From the IMG/VR virus record IMGVR_UViG_3300031784_000007: a stretch of DNA of 64,000 nucleotides; one strand, given 5' to 3'. A model generated the notes under the pieces. The model ran no database searches. It saw nothing but the letters and a program-made list of their open reading frames with translations, and was not told the DNA's origin. A program made the position numbers and the translations under genes. This document shows positions 10,200 through 19,558 of this stretch, in pieces. The stretch is from a virus. Taxonomy: Duplodnaviria > Heunggongvirae > Uroviricota > Caudoviricetes. Each line of letters opens with the position of its first letter. The first letter of the stretch is position 1.

Positions 10200-10932
10200 G
10201 AAAAAAGTCTACCCCAAAATTGACAGTGATGTCAATTATTTCTCCTGACGGGGTTCTGACTTGTTTGGTTAAATCCAATCTTGGCTCAACCTCTTTTAAA
10301 AATTTTCTAATAAATTTAGAATCGGCAATTGGCATTTGTTGAACATACTTTACAATAGATTCTCTATCCGAACTACCATTTATTGAAATAATCTGAGCTT
10401 CCAACTTTCTTGTAATAATTGGTGCTATCATACTTTTTGGGTAGATTTCCATTTCCTTGTCAATCATGTTCTCTTCACCATATGTTAAAAGTTTTAGTTT
10501 AACAATATCTTTTGAAGTGGGTAATGTTGTTTCAAACAGACCTTCTTGGTCAGGTGTTAGGTCAACTTTTTTTATATTTAATTCGCTCAAATCAACCTCA
10601 GCATCAAATCTTTGATTTGTTTTTGGGTCATATGATGACAATATATATTTTGTTCCAAATGCGGTATTTCTTAAAAAAAGTAAAATAGCTTCAATATCAC
10701 CACCTAACATTTCATCAATCCTAAAATCAGGTTCGTAAATTTTTGATTTCAATAATTGATTAATCACATTATCACTATTTGAACTCATTAGCAGATTTTC
10801 ATCTTGGGCCGTCAAATATCCAACCTTAACCGATTTCTTTTTATTTTTATAAAATAAACCTTGTGAAGGTAGTGGTACCACATCGTGTGGTAAGTTAAAA
10901 TTCATTTGTCCGTATTGTATTTCGTTTTCCAT
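10180..10932 (-). CDS. Tail assembly chaperone / T4 gp26-like baseplate hub assembly protein, 250 aa
   Basis: LPHDVVPLPSQGLFY..VKVGYLTAQDENLL pattern; lies between tube and tape measure. ATG at 10932 preferred over the track's TTG at 10944, which lies inside a terminator hairpin. Confidence 0.75.
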   Translation of the reverse strand: MENEIQYGQMNFNLPHDVVPLPSQGLFYKNKKKSVKVGYLTAQDENLLMSSNSDNVINQLLKSKIYEPDFRIDEMLGGDIEAILLFLRNTAFGTKYILSSYDPKTNQRFDAEVDLSELNIKKVDLTPDQEGLFETTLPTSKDIVKLKLLTYGEENMIDKEMEIYPKSMIAPIITRKLEAQIISINGSSDRESIVKYVQQMPIADSKFIRKFLKEVEPRLDLTKQVRTPSGEIIDITVNFGVDFFRPFFGV

Positions 10933-10961
10933 AAAAAAAGCCAAGGATTACCCCTGGCTTT
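10933..10961 (-). terminator. Intrinsic terminator after the tail tube gene
   Basis: AAAGCCAGGG-GTAA-TCCTTGGC followed by T7 on the minus strand, abutting the next ATG. Confidence 0.7.
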
Positions 10962-10997
10962 AAATATAAACTGACTTTGTTTTTTGTAAATGAAATA

Positions 10998-11486
10998 TTA
11001 ATAAACTAAGATACATCTATCAGGACGAAGTGTTGCTGAGATGGTTTGTAAACCGTCATCAGTATAAGACACACCCTGAAAGTCCACGTCTGTTAGGAAA
11101 CAACCTTGTAAAATCCATTTTTCAACCGCAACACCTGTCGGGTCTAACATTTCCAAAGTAATATCCTTTTTGTAACCAGCAGCATATCCCATACGACCTG
11201 TTACTGATTCAGCGTGTAAACGAACCCATTCCATAAGAGCTTGAGCAGCTGATGGTCCAATAGGGTCACGGAAAGTAACACCAATTGTTCCCCACTCAAA
11301 CATACCAGCAACATAAGTTTTGGTATTTAAGAAAGGAATTTCTTTTGATGCAATTGTTATTTTTGGTCTGGCAGCAGATTCTACATACCAAGAATTAATA
11401 CCCAATGAAGTAGGAAACGTTAAAATAAATCGGTTTTTACGTTTTGGTTCATACGGGTCGGGCATTTTCATTAATAAGTCAGCCAT
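10998..11486 (-). CDS. Tail tube protein (T4 gp19-like)
   Basis: YEPKRKNRFIL..RPKITI..EIPFLN..YVAG..W..I.VTFRDPI..W..GYKKDITLEMLDPTG..VEKWILQGCF; downstream of the sheath gene. Confidence 0.9.
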   Translation of the reverse strand: MADLLMKMPDPYEPKRKNRFILTFPTSLGINSWYVESAARPKITIASKEIPFLNTKTYVAGMFEWGTIGVTFRDPIGPSAAQALMEWVRLHAESVTGRMGYAAGYKKDITLEMLDPTGVAVEKWILQGCFLTDVDFQGVSYTDDGLQTISATLRPDRCILVY

Positions 11487-11526
11487 TTTATTATATTTTT
11501 GTTTTAGTTATTTTAGTTTATTTACC

Positions 11527-11534
11527 TATAAATA
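11527..11534 (-). promoter_or_regulatory. Late motif TATTTATA before the tail tube gene
   Basis: 40 nt before the ATG. Confidence 0.65.
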
Positions 11535-11599
11535 CTTGATTATCCAAATTTTTTCTCTTATATTATCTAGGCGTTCTAGTTTATTATTTATTTAAATAT

Positions 11600-12454
11600 T
11601 TAATATCTAGTTTTAGTTTGAGCTTTTGTTAAATATGTAGTTACTGGATGCTCTAGACCAAATTCTTTATTTAAGAATTCTTTAACTTTTTCCACATTTC
11701 TTTCATCGTCATCTGAGAAACCTATTGAAGGTACCACGAAATTATTGGACACATCATTTTTGAACAATACTTTCCCCCCCACCTTGTTTGCAAGTTCCTT
11801 ACAATAACTGATAAACTCTCTTAATGCGTTTATTTTTCCTTCTTCAGGATTGGCTTCAGAACCAGTTCCGAAAGATACAGGGTGAAAACGACACATGTCC
11901 AAATATTCTTTAATCATTGTATTGTCATCTTTAATATCCTCACCTGTAAAATCACGGTATTTCTTTAATGATTCCACCAATTTTTCTTGGTCCAAACCAC
12001 TCACATTATTTTTGATGAGTTTGTAAACCGCTTGTTTTAAAATCATCGGATTGTGTCCACGAGCTGTGATGATGGAAAAAATTGACCCACCATTAATACA
12101 CTCAACAAAATCATCCCATGATGGTCCCAAACTCGCCGACATTACATCAACCAAAAATTGTCTTTCACCCTCACCTCTAAAATTTCTAAAAGGATTTGAT
12201 GCAAAACCAACAATAGTTTTTCCGTTGTACACAAATGGTTTTTTACCCAATTCGTTTCTATATTCAGCAAAATCATCAGTAGACATACCAATCTCATTAT
12301 CTTTGTCATCTAATACCATAATTTTTGTTGGCATATTCATTACATTGTCATCCCAATCAAAAGCGTAATATTTGTGGTCAGGTAATCCTGATGGGTCCAT
12401 ACCCTCAGTTACCATTTCTAACAATTGTCTTCTAATTGATTTTTTTAAATTCAT
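11600..12454 (-). CDS. HAD-superfamily-like protein with an N-terminal leader
   Basis: YYAFDWDDN (DxD motif I), IITARGH (motif II), GFSDDD (motif IV). Confidence 0.55.
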   Translation of the reverse strand: MNLKKSIRRQLLEMVTEGMDPSGLPDHKYYAFDWDDNVMNMPTKIMVLDDKDNEIGMSTDDFAEYRNELGKKPFVYNGKTIVGFASNPFRNFRGEGERQFLVDVMSASLGPSWDDFVECINGGSIFSIITARGHNPMILKQAVYKLIKNNVSGLDQEKLVESLKKYRDFTGEDIKDDNTMIKEYLDMCRFHPVSFGTGSEANPEEGKINALREFISYCKELANKVGGKVLFKNDVSNNFVVPSIGFSDDDERNVEKVKEFLNKEFGLEHPVTTYLTKAQTKTRY

Positions 12455-12600
12455 TACTTTTTGTCTTTTGATAATTTTGCAATGATACTTTCTAACTGTG
12501 ATTCAGTTAAAACAATGTTTTGTGGTTTTTTAGAATAAGTTTTTTTACCATTAGTTGGTACTTCTAAACTTTCCATTAATACTTTTTTTGTAAATTCCAT
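12454..12600 (-). CDS. Small 48-aa protein with an IVLTESQLE motif
   Basis: Below the track cutoff: MEFTKKVLMESLEVPTNGKKTYSKKPQNIVLTESQLESIIAKLSKDKK*. TAATG coupling to the HAD gene; TATTTATA 9 nt upstream. Confidence 0.75.
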   Translation of the reverse strand: MEFTKKVLMESLEVPTNGKKTYSKKPQNIVLTESQLESIIAKLSKDKK

Positions 12601-12620
12601 AGTTTTATATATAAATAATA

Positions 12621-12646
12621 GGGAGGGGGTTTTTATTTCCCCTCCC
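12621..12646 (-). terminator. GC-rich hairpin, likely terminator after the sheath gene
   Basis: GGGAGGGG-AAATAAAAAC-CCCCTCCC followed by TATTATTT on the minus strand. Confidence 0.6.
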
Positions 12647-12656
12647 GTGTTTATTT

Positions 12657-15600
12657 TTAAATATTTTCAAACGAAGCTCCTGTTGGTGTAATCAAGAACT
12701 CAATGTCAATGAATTCAAGAGCTTTTGTTGGTTTAAGGTAAATTTTACCTGTCATTGTGTTTCTATCCAAGTCTTCAGGTGTGTTTGTTACAACAACTCT
12801 AAAGTCAATTAAACCTCTATCTCTTCTGATTGAATCCAAAATTGGATTAACAGAGTCTAAGAAATCTTGTCTAACTTTGTCATCGTTTTGTTCAAACAAC
12901 AATCTGACAGCTACAGCTGAAATCAACTTACGAGCTTGTAACAACAATCTTCTTACGTTAATTCTATCAAGAGCAGATTCTGCGACTTGAGTAGTCTTGT
13001 TACCAAAAATTAATGTTCCAACATCAGAGAATGTTGCGATTGGGTTGATTCTACCTTGATATAATGTATCTCTATCGTCTTGTGTAAGTTTCTTACGAGC
13101 TTTAACTGAATTTACAATACCTCTTGTGTAACCTGCTGATGCGAACCAAGGGAACGAAATGTTATCAGTCAATGCTAAGTTTCTACAAACCTCAGCGGTT
13201 GGTGGAAGGTAAATTTGAGTATTATTGACAGTGTCTCTTGTTAATACCCAAGGGTAGTAAGTTGCTGTGTAGTTAGAATCAATTCCTGTTGTGTCTAAAT
13301 TGTCGACAGCTTCAGTTGGATAAATTAAATCAGTTTCGTACGATGTTGTTGTATCAACAAACATATTGTAATCAGGACAAGTCATTACATATAAAGAGTC
13401 TGCCCTTTGAGATTCAATCATATCAATTGCGTCTTCAACTAAGTTAGAGTTATTAACAAAATCGATACCCGGTGTTACAAACACGTTGATATTTGTAGCC
13501 TCAGGGTTAGCAAATGTTTGTTGACCTAGTAAGTATGCGTAGTAGTCGGTGTTAGCAAAATCAGTTGTATTACCTTCTACAGATATTTGTTTGAACGCTC
13601 CCCAACCAGTTGCACTTGGGAACTGAGTTGTTGGTGATGCACCTTTTAAGTAACCTGAACCACCTAATACAAAGTTATCACCGTTGGTTCTTGATTTTCT
13701 ATAAATGTCCCAACCATCAAAACCTCCACGAGCAAACAACGTGAATTTTCTTGATTGGATTCTAAAATATGGATTTGTAGGGTCACTTGAGTCAGTTGGT
13801 CCAAAAGAAGCGTTTCCAACTTCAAAAGCAGAAGTGCCCGAAGTACTATAACCATTTGATATAGTAACAACAGTAGCACCTGAATCCATGTGGAATCCCT
13901 TAGATAAGAAATCCCAATAACTTGGTGAAGTTTCGATTGTTAAATTTGAAGGTGTGATAATACCTTTATAATTAAAATATTCAGGGTCATAACCAATTGT
14001 GTTGGACAAACCTAAGAATACTCTATTAATTTTATCACCTGAACTTCTTTGAACAGATGATAAAGGTGGTTGGAATATAACCTCACCTGCAACATCATAT
14101 TTAGTTTTATAAATTGGGAATGGTGTTGTTGAACCATAATAATTTCTCATTGAATATCCTTCGAACCCACTCGGTAATGCGTCTGTCGGTGCTTCAGAAC
14201 TAATTTCTAACATTACATATTTAGACCTTACTTGATATTCACCATCACTAGTTCCAATTTTTACACCAACGAAACTGTTAGAAGCTGGGTTCATAGAACA
14301 ATTTGTATATTTTTCTAAGAACACTGGATTTGCATCTGTATCATTATATGCTCTGATACCAACATCAAAAGTACCATTGTTAAACGAAACGTTTAATATT
14401 GATATTTTTACTTCTTGGTTAGCGTCGTTACCATCAGAAATTAAAATAAACTTGAATAATTTATAAACAGTATTACCTCTCAATTCTGAAACTAAATAAG
14501 GTGTTTCAGGAGTTTGATATTTTTCTAAGTAACAACCAATAGATTGTAAAGTACCGTTATCGTCTTGAGCGGATGGTAAAGCTGTGATGGTTTCGTTAAT
14601 ACCTCTAATGTAACCTTTCTTGTATGAATAATTAAGAAAATTCGTAAATTGTTCTTCAACAAATAAAGGAACTTCATCTGAAGGTTTACCGAAGTTAGAA
14701 AAACCAAATACTTTAGAAATATAATTACTGTCTGTTGAATCCAAAGACACTTTAAATTCAAACGTACTACCATCATTAGTAACACCCGAAATTCCGAACG
14801 GTGCGTAAGGACTCATTGTTACACCACTATAAACGCCATTACTATCCAATACAACACTAGTCGTACCCGTAACTTCATAAACAGGATTTGTTCCTGTTGT
14901 ATATGTTGACAGACCTCTTGAACGTAAAGTCGCAACAACAACATCATTGTATTCTGTAAAGGCAGTACCAATTTGTGTAAAAGCCGATAATTGAACCGAA
15001 CCCGAAAACGAACCTGACGCACCTGTTAAGGTGTCAATTTTTGAACTAAACGAATATCCCGAATATCCATTACCAGTTGTTGGGTTGAATTGAGCGTAGT
15101 ACCAAGCGTCATTATCTCTACTTGGATAATCAGTATCAGCGTCTTTTAAACTCGGAACATCATAAACATTTGTTAATCCTGTCCATCCACCACCCGTAAG
15201 TGAGTCATAATAAGAGTCGGGTATTGTACCAAATACGTAAGCAGTTGTTGCACTTGTTGATGCCGCAGATGCGTTAGAACCAATTACACCACTAACAAAT
15301 GTCTTTAACTCAGAACTGATAGTTGATGTTGTACCATCCGATAATGTGAATTGACTATTTAAATCAGGACTAAAAATAGTTGATGGGAATGGAGACTCAA
15401 ACAAAATAGTTGATGTCCCACCAGTTGTTCCTGTAAAAGTTACGGAAACCGACGAAAGAACACTATCTTGTGAAACTGAACCACCACTCACGTTCGCAAT
15501 AGTACTAATAGACCAAGATGGTCCCGCATCATAACCCGACAAACCAAGAATTCTTGATACGAATAATTGGTTAGATTGTGATAAGTATGATTTGGCGATA

Positions 15601-15836
15601 TACGCCGCTTCGTATTTTGGTATTTGTGTATCTACAAATTTTTCAGGTGAAGTACCCCCAAAAATTGCTGAAAATTCATCGAAACTTGATACGAAGATTG
15701 GCTCAAAAGCCGGACCTCTCAAAGTTTCTCCTACAATACCTAACGTTGTAACACCTACACTCTGTGCTACAAATGATAAGTCACGTTCTGAAGTGTATAC
15801 TCCAGGTGAAACGAAAACTTTATTTGATGTTGCCAT
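12657..15836 (-). CDS. Tail sheath protein (T4 gp18-like), 1059 aa
   Basis: N-terminal FVSPGVYTSERDLS; C-terminal YYPW, PWFASAGYTRG, RINPIA, RINVRRLL, LFEQND, PTKALEFIDIEF. Confidence 0.95.
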   Translation of the reverse strand: MATSNKVFVSPGVYTSERDLSFVAQSVGVTTLGIVGETLRGPAFEPIFVSSFDEFSAIFGGTSPEKFVDTQIPKYEAAYIAKSYLSQSNQLFVSRILGLSGYDAGPSWSISTIANVSGGSVSQDSVLSSVSVTFTGTTGGTSTILFESPFPSTIFSPDLNSQFTLSDGTTSTISSELKTFVSGVIGSNASAASTSATTAYVFGTIPDSYYDSLTGGGWTGLTNVYDVPSLKDADTDYPSRDNDAWYYAQFNPTTGNGYSGYSFSSKIDTLTGASGSFSGSVQLSAFTQIGTAFTEYNDVVVATLRSRGLSTYTTGTNPVYEVTGTTSVVLDSNGVYSGVTMSPYAPFGISGVTNDGSTFEFKVSLDSTDSNYISKVFGFSNFGKPSDEVPLFVEEQFTNFLNYSYKKGYIRGINETITALPSAQDDNGTLQSIGCYLEKYQTPETPYLVSELRGNTVYKLFKFILISDGNDANQEVKISILNVSFNNGTFDVGIRAYNDTDANPVFLEKYTNCSMNPASNSFVGVKIGTSDGEYQVRSKYVMLEISSEAPTDALPSGFEGYSMRNYYGSTTPFPIYKTKYDVAGEVIFQPPLSSVQRSSGDKINRVFLGLSNTIGYDPEYFNYKGIITPSNLTIETSPSYWDFLSKGFHMDSGATVVTISNGYSTSGTSAFEVGNASFGPTDSSDPTNPYFRIQSRKFTLFARGGFDGWDIYRKSRTNGDNFVLGGSGYLKGASPTTQFPSATGWGAFKQISVEGNTTDFANTDYYAYLLGQQTFANPEATNINVFVTPGIDFVNNSNLVEDAIDMIESQRADSLYVMTCPDYNMFVDTTTSYETDLIYPTEAVDNLDTTGIDSNYTATYYPWVLTRDTVNNTQIYLPPTAEVCRNLALTDNISFPWFASAGYTRGIVNSVKARKKLTQDDRDTLYQGRINPIATFSDVGTLIFGNKTTQVAESALDRINVRRLLLQARKLISAVAVRLLFEQNDDKVRQDFLDSVNPILDSIRRDRGLIDFRVVVTNTPEDLDRNTMTGKIYLKPTKALEFIDIEFLITPTGASFENI

Positions 15837-15871
15837 TATTTGTTTTTTTTATAAGTTGTTTTATTTACTAC

Positions 15872-15878
15872 ATAAATA
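15872..15878 (-). promoter_or_regulatory. Late motif TATTTAT before the tail sheath gene
   Basis: 35 nt before the ATG. Confidence 0.6.
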
Positions 15879-15958
15879 TTATTGATTTTTGTAAAAATCT
15901 TAGTATAGGGATACTATTTATAAATCAGTATGAATAAATTCTTCCTTTTTTCTGCCCA

Positions 15959-16129
15959 ATGAAAAAAACACCCAAAAAAATAAAGAATATCAAGATATCT
16001 GAAGAATCACACACAATTCTCAAAAAGTATTGTGAAGAAAATGGACTTAAGATTTATGGATTTTTAGAAAATATTATCAAAGAAAAATGTCGTATTAAGA
16101 CCGACATTTACGGTGACCCGTTAGACTAA
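15959..16129 (+). CDS. Ribbon-helix-helix (Arc/CopG-like) DNA-binding protein, 56 aa
   Basis: Below the track cutoff: MKKTPKKIKNIKISEESHTILKKYCEENGLKIYGFLENIIKEKC... (beta strand then two helices with a G turn). Confidence 0.65.
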   Translation: MKKTPKKIKNIKISEESHTILKKYCEENGLKIYGFLENIIKEKCRIKTDIYGDPLD

Positions 16130-17185
16130 TTTAATATCAAACAAAATATTTGAATCATTATTTGTTTGACCAGTCTTTTTTTCAATTTGAATCACCAAAC
16201 CAATTTGTGAACTCATTGGAAAATAAGACAAATCCTGTCCAATATACTCTTGAACACCATGAGTCAATGTATATGCACTATAATGTTCAACATTTTCAGA
16301 ACTTACAAAATTAAAGTCATAATTTGTTGGTAATGAACTTTGTGTTAAAGTGGTATTTGAACCAATAAATTGATAATTTGTTGGTATATTGTTTGGATTG
16401 GGAGTCGAAGCTATTGCTTTTCTTGATTTGGTTTTAGTACTAACGTCAACCATAGTTAATACTCTTGACACCGCAGGTGCCACTTCAAACTGTTCTTCAT
16501 CCAATAAAACACCTAACATTTTGAATGTATAATTCTGAATGAAGTATCTTCTTTTTTGTAATTCAACCACCGATTCATCTGAAATACTATCCATAATAAT
16601 CGGAATGTATCTTCCCTTAATTAAAGCATATGATTGTCTTGATGAAAATTTATCTAAAACCTTTTGATTAAACGCATTCAACTCTCGCATTCTATTTGTA
16701 AAGATTTTTATTTCGTATGTAATATCAACAGGAATTGGTTGTGGTATTTTATAAACATCCATACCATTTCTTGCTCCGTCAAAATTGGGAACCAAAGCGT
16801 ATTGAAATAATGGTCTACCAGGTATTCTATAATTTGTTGCTCCCTGATTTGTTCCATAGGGTGTTTCAGGTTTTCTAACTGTTGCAACAAAAGGTGGTTT
16901 AATGTTCGAATCTAAATCTTGAAAATTCCAAGTTTGTGTAAACTGTGCCCAGTTCTGAGTGGTAATAATAACATCAACTGTGTTAACAACTTTTCCGTTA
17001 ACACTAATTCCTAAATCATTCTTTACAAAATCTAACATCCCCCTATCCAAATCGGCGTGATAAATTCCTTTTGGAAGATATGTTCCATCTTTTTGAATTT
17101 GTTCCAATAATTCTTCCCTTCTAGGTTGAAGAATTTTTTTTGGTGTTAAAGAAATTGTTTTAACAAGTTTTTTTGGTGTTGCCAT
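16121..17185 (-). CDS. Tail terminator/completion protein (gp15-like)
   Basis: PIPVDITYEIKIFTN..ELN segment; adjacent to the gp14-like gene. Confidence 0.5.
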   Translation of the reverse strand: MATPKKLVKTISLTPKKILQPRREELLEQIQKDGTYLPKGIYHADLDRGMLDFVKNDLGISVNGKVVNTVDVIITTQNWAQFTQTWNFQDLDSNIKPPFVATVRKPETPYGTNQGATNYRIPGRPLFQYALVPNFDGARNGMDVYKIPQPIPVDITYEIKIFTNRMRELNAFNQKVLDKFSSRQSYALIKGRYIPIIMDSISDESVVELQKRRYFIQNYTFKMLGVLLDEEQFEVAPAVSRVLTMVDVSTKTKSRKAIASTPNPNNIPTNYQFIGSNTTLTQSSLPTNYDFNFVSSENVEHYSAYTLTHGVQEYIGQDLSYFPMSSQIGLVIQIEKKTGQTNNDSNILFDIKLV

Positions 17186-17697
17186 TATATTCCTTTAAAT
17201 TCGTCTTCACTTACAGGTGTACAAACAAATGTTCTATAAAATGGTTTGTATCCACCATATGTGTGTTTATTGTCCGAAACAATCCTTCCGTCATCTGCAA
17301 CAGAATAATATCTCATCCTACTTTCAGTTTCAGGATATCCAATGTAATCACCATATGAAATTGTAATTGCTTCTTCTTCCAAATAGTGAAGATATACACT
17401 CATAATCAAATTACCTGGTTCAGTTTGACTTAATTTTGAATTACCAAAAGTCGCTTGACTTGGTGCTTCGATTTTAACAAACGCTTTAATTTCAACAGGT
17501 GCCAAATAAGACACCGAATCTGTTAACGCCTCACCATATACATCATCTTGATTTGTTTTACTCTTGTCAACACGATATAAAACCAATGTAAAGTTCATAT
17601 CACCGTACAACCATTCCTCACCCATAGATATATTTAGGTTAAAATCCTGTTCACCAAAGAATTTGGATATTCGTGTAATTGGTACTTTATTTGTCAT
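17185..17697 (-). CDS. Neck/head-closure protein (T4 gp14-like)
   Basis: DDVYGEA..Y..PVEIKAFV..GDYI..YY.V pattern. ATG at 17697 preferred; late motif 5 nt upstream. Confidence 0.6.
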   Translation of the reverse strand: MTNKVPITRISKFFGEQDFNLNISMGEEWLYGDMNFTLVLYRVDKSKTNQDDVYGEALTDSVSYLAPVEIKAFVKIEAPSQATFGNSKLSQTEPGNLIMSVYLHYLEEEAITISYGDYIGYPETESRMRYYSVADDGRIVSDNKHTYGGYKPFYRTFVCTPVSEDEFKGI

Positions 17698-17750
17698 TAT
17701 TGATAAATACAATAAAATTGATTATATTTCTTTATTAAAACTATTTTGAT

Positions 17751-19517
17751 TTGGAAAACCCCATAATTGAAAACTCAGGATTATTAGAACAAAAAGCCCT
17801 TAATACCCTACATGATTATCAGGGTGCAAATAACTATATCCTAAAATTAAAAGGTATTTTCAACCCAAACAAACGTGGTATTCCAACAAGAAGTCAATGT
17901 GAATACATTTTAAACCACTCAAACACAACACCAAAAGTTGCAAAAAAATGGGTTGAATTGGATGATTATTTTTCTGAAAAAATATCAAACGAAAAATTAT
18001 ATACAGTTCCACCAAAACAAGTGTGGATTGAAAAGTTATTAGTTGAAAAAGATAAGTCTTATCATATTTGGGGTCGTTTTTTTGATAGTGAACCTTTAAC
18101 AGATTTTTGGTTACCAAAGGCGGCAATCATTAAAAACCCTGAACAATACTATAAAGAAATTGATTATTCAAAGTATTCACATAGACCACTTCTTTCACAC
18201 CAAGTTGAGGCGGTAGAAAAACTTGTAAAAACAAAAAGGTTTATTTTGGCTGATGATATGGGATTGGGTAAGACAACATCAACCATTGTGGCGGCGTTGG
18301 AAACTGAAGCCAAAAGAGTTTTAATTATTTGTCCTGCGTCATTAAAGATTAACTGGCAAAGAGAAATTGAAAATTACACAAAACGCTCAACATATATCTG
18401 CGGAAGTAAAAGATATGAGGATGCTGATTTTGTAATTGTTAATTACGACATTCTAAAAAACTTTCACGACCCAAAAGATAGGGACAACTCTCGTGTTTTA
18501 AAAAGTAATTTTGATTTGGTTATTATTGATGAAGCACATTATATTCAAAATAAAACCGCACAAAGAACAAAATTAATCAACGACTTTGTGAAGGGGGTTG
18601 ACAGATTGTGGTTGTTAACGGGTACACCAATGACATCACGACCAATGAATTATTTTAATTTGTTAGAACTTATTGAATCACCCGTTGCAGCAAATTGGAT
18701 GGCATATGTTGTTAGATATTGTAATGGGTACCAATTCAAAGTTGGTAATAGAAAAGTTTGGAATGTTATGGGAGCTTCAAATTTAGAAGAGTTAAGAGAC
18801 CGAACAACAAGACAAGTATTAAGAAGATTAAAAACAGATGTATTAGATTTACCTGATAAAATTATCACCCCCGTTTATTTGAGATTAAAATCAAAAGAAT
18901 ATGAAGAATTAATGGGTGAGTATTTTGATTGGTATGAAAAAAATACCGATGAGAGTTCATCATTAACCGTTCAATTTACCAAGTTAACAAAGGTACGTCA
19001 GGTAATTGCACAAGAAAAAATACGGTCAACCATTGAATTGGTTGAGAACATATTAGAACAAGATAAAAAAGTAATAGTTTTCACAAACTTTACCGATTCC
19101 CTAAATAAAATTTATGACCATTTCGGTAAACAAGCCGTTTACTTGGATGGTTCATGTTCACCAGCAAAAAGACAAAACGCTGTTGACGAATTTCAAAACA
19201 ATGAAAAAATAAAAGTGTTTGTTGGTAACTTAAAAGCGGCGGGTGTTGGTATTACACTTACTGCCGCTGAGGCGGTTATTATGAATGATTTATCATTTGT
19301 TCCATCCGACCACGCACAAGCTGAAGACCGAAGTTATAGATACGGACAAAAATCAAACGTATCGGTATATTATCCAATATTTGAAAATACTATTGAGGGT
19401 ACAATTTATGATATTCTCAATAAAAAGAAAAATATTTTTGAAACCGTAATGGGTGATAACGTGGGCAGGGCAGAGATTGTACAAGAAATTATGAATCAAA
19501 TTTTTGGTAAGAGGTAA
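17751..19517 (+). CDS. SNF2-family (SMARCAL1/HARP-like) helicase/translocase
   Basis: LADDMGLGKT (Walker A), IIDEAH (DEAH), LLTGTP, AAGVGITLT, QAEDRSYRYGQ; TTG start. Confidence 0.92.
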   Translation: MENPIIENSGLLEQKALNTLHDYQGANNYILKLKGIFNPNKRGIPTRSQCEYILNHSNTTPKVAKKWVELDDYFSEKISNEKLYTVPPKQVWIEKLLVEKDKSYHIWGRFFDSEPLTDFWLPKAAIIKNPEQYYKEIDYSKYSHRPLLSHQVEAVEKLVKTKRFILADDMGLGKTTSTIVAALETEAKRVLIICPASLKINWQREIENYTKRSTYICGSKRYEDADFVIVNYDILKNFHDPKDRDNSRVLKSNFDLVIIDEAHYIQNKTAQRTKLINDFVKGVDRLWLLTGTPMTSRPMNYFNLLELIESPVAANWMAYVVRYCNGYQFKVGNRKVWNVMGASNLEELRDRTTRQVLRRLKTDVLDLPDKIITPVYLRLKSKEYEELMGEYFDWYEKNTDESSSLTVQFTKLTKVRQVIAQEKIRSTIELVENILEQDKKVIVFTNFTDSLNKIYDHFGKQAVYLDGSCSPAKRQNAVDEFQNNEKIKVFVGNLKAAGVGITLTAAEAVIMNDLSFVPSDHAQAEDRSYRYGQKSNVSVYYPIFENTIEGTIYDILNKKKNIFETVMGDNVGRAEIVQEIMNQIFGKR

Positions 19518-19535
19518 GTTTTTTGAAAATCTATT

Positions 19536-19543
19536 TATTTATA
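19536..19543 (+). promoter_or_regulatory. Late motif TATTTATA before the SOD fusion
   Basis: Tandem TATTTATTTATA, 15 nt before the ATG. Confidence 0.6.
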
Positions 19544-19558
19544 AGATAATGATAGATT

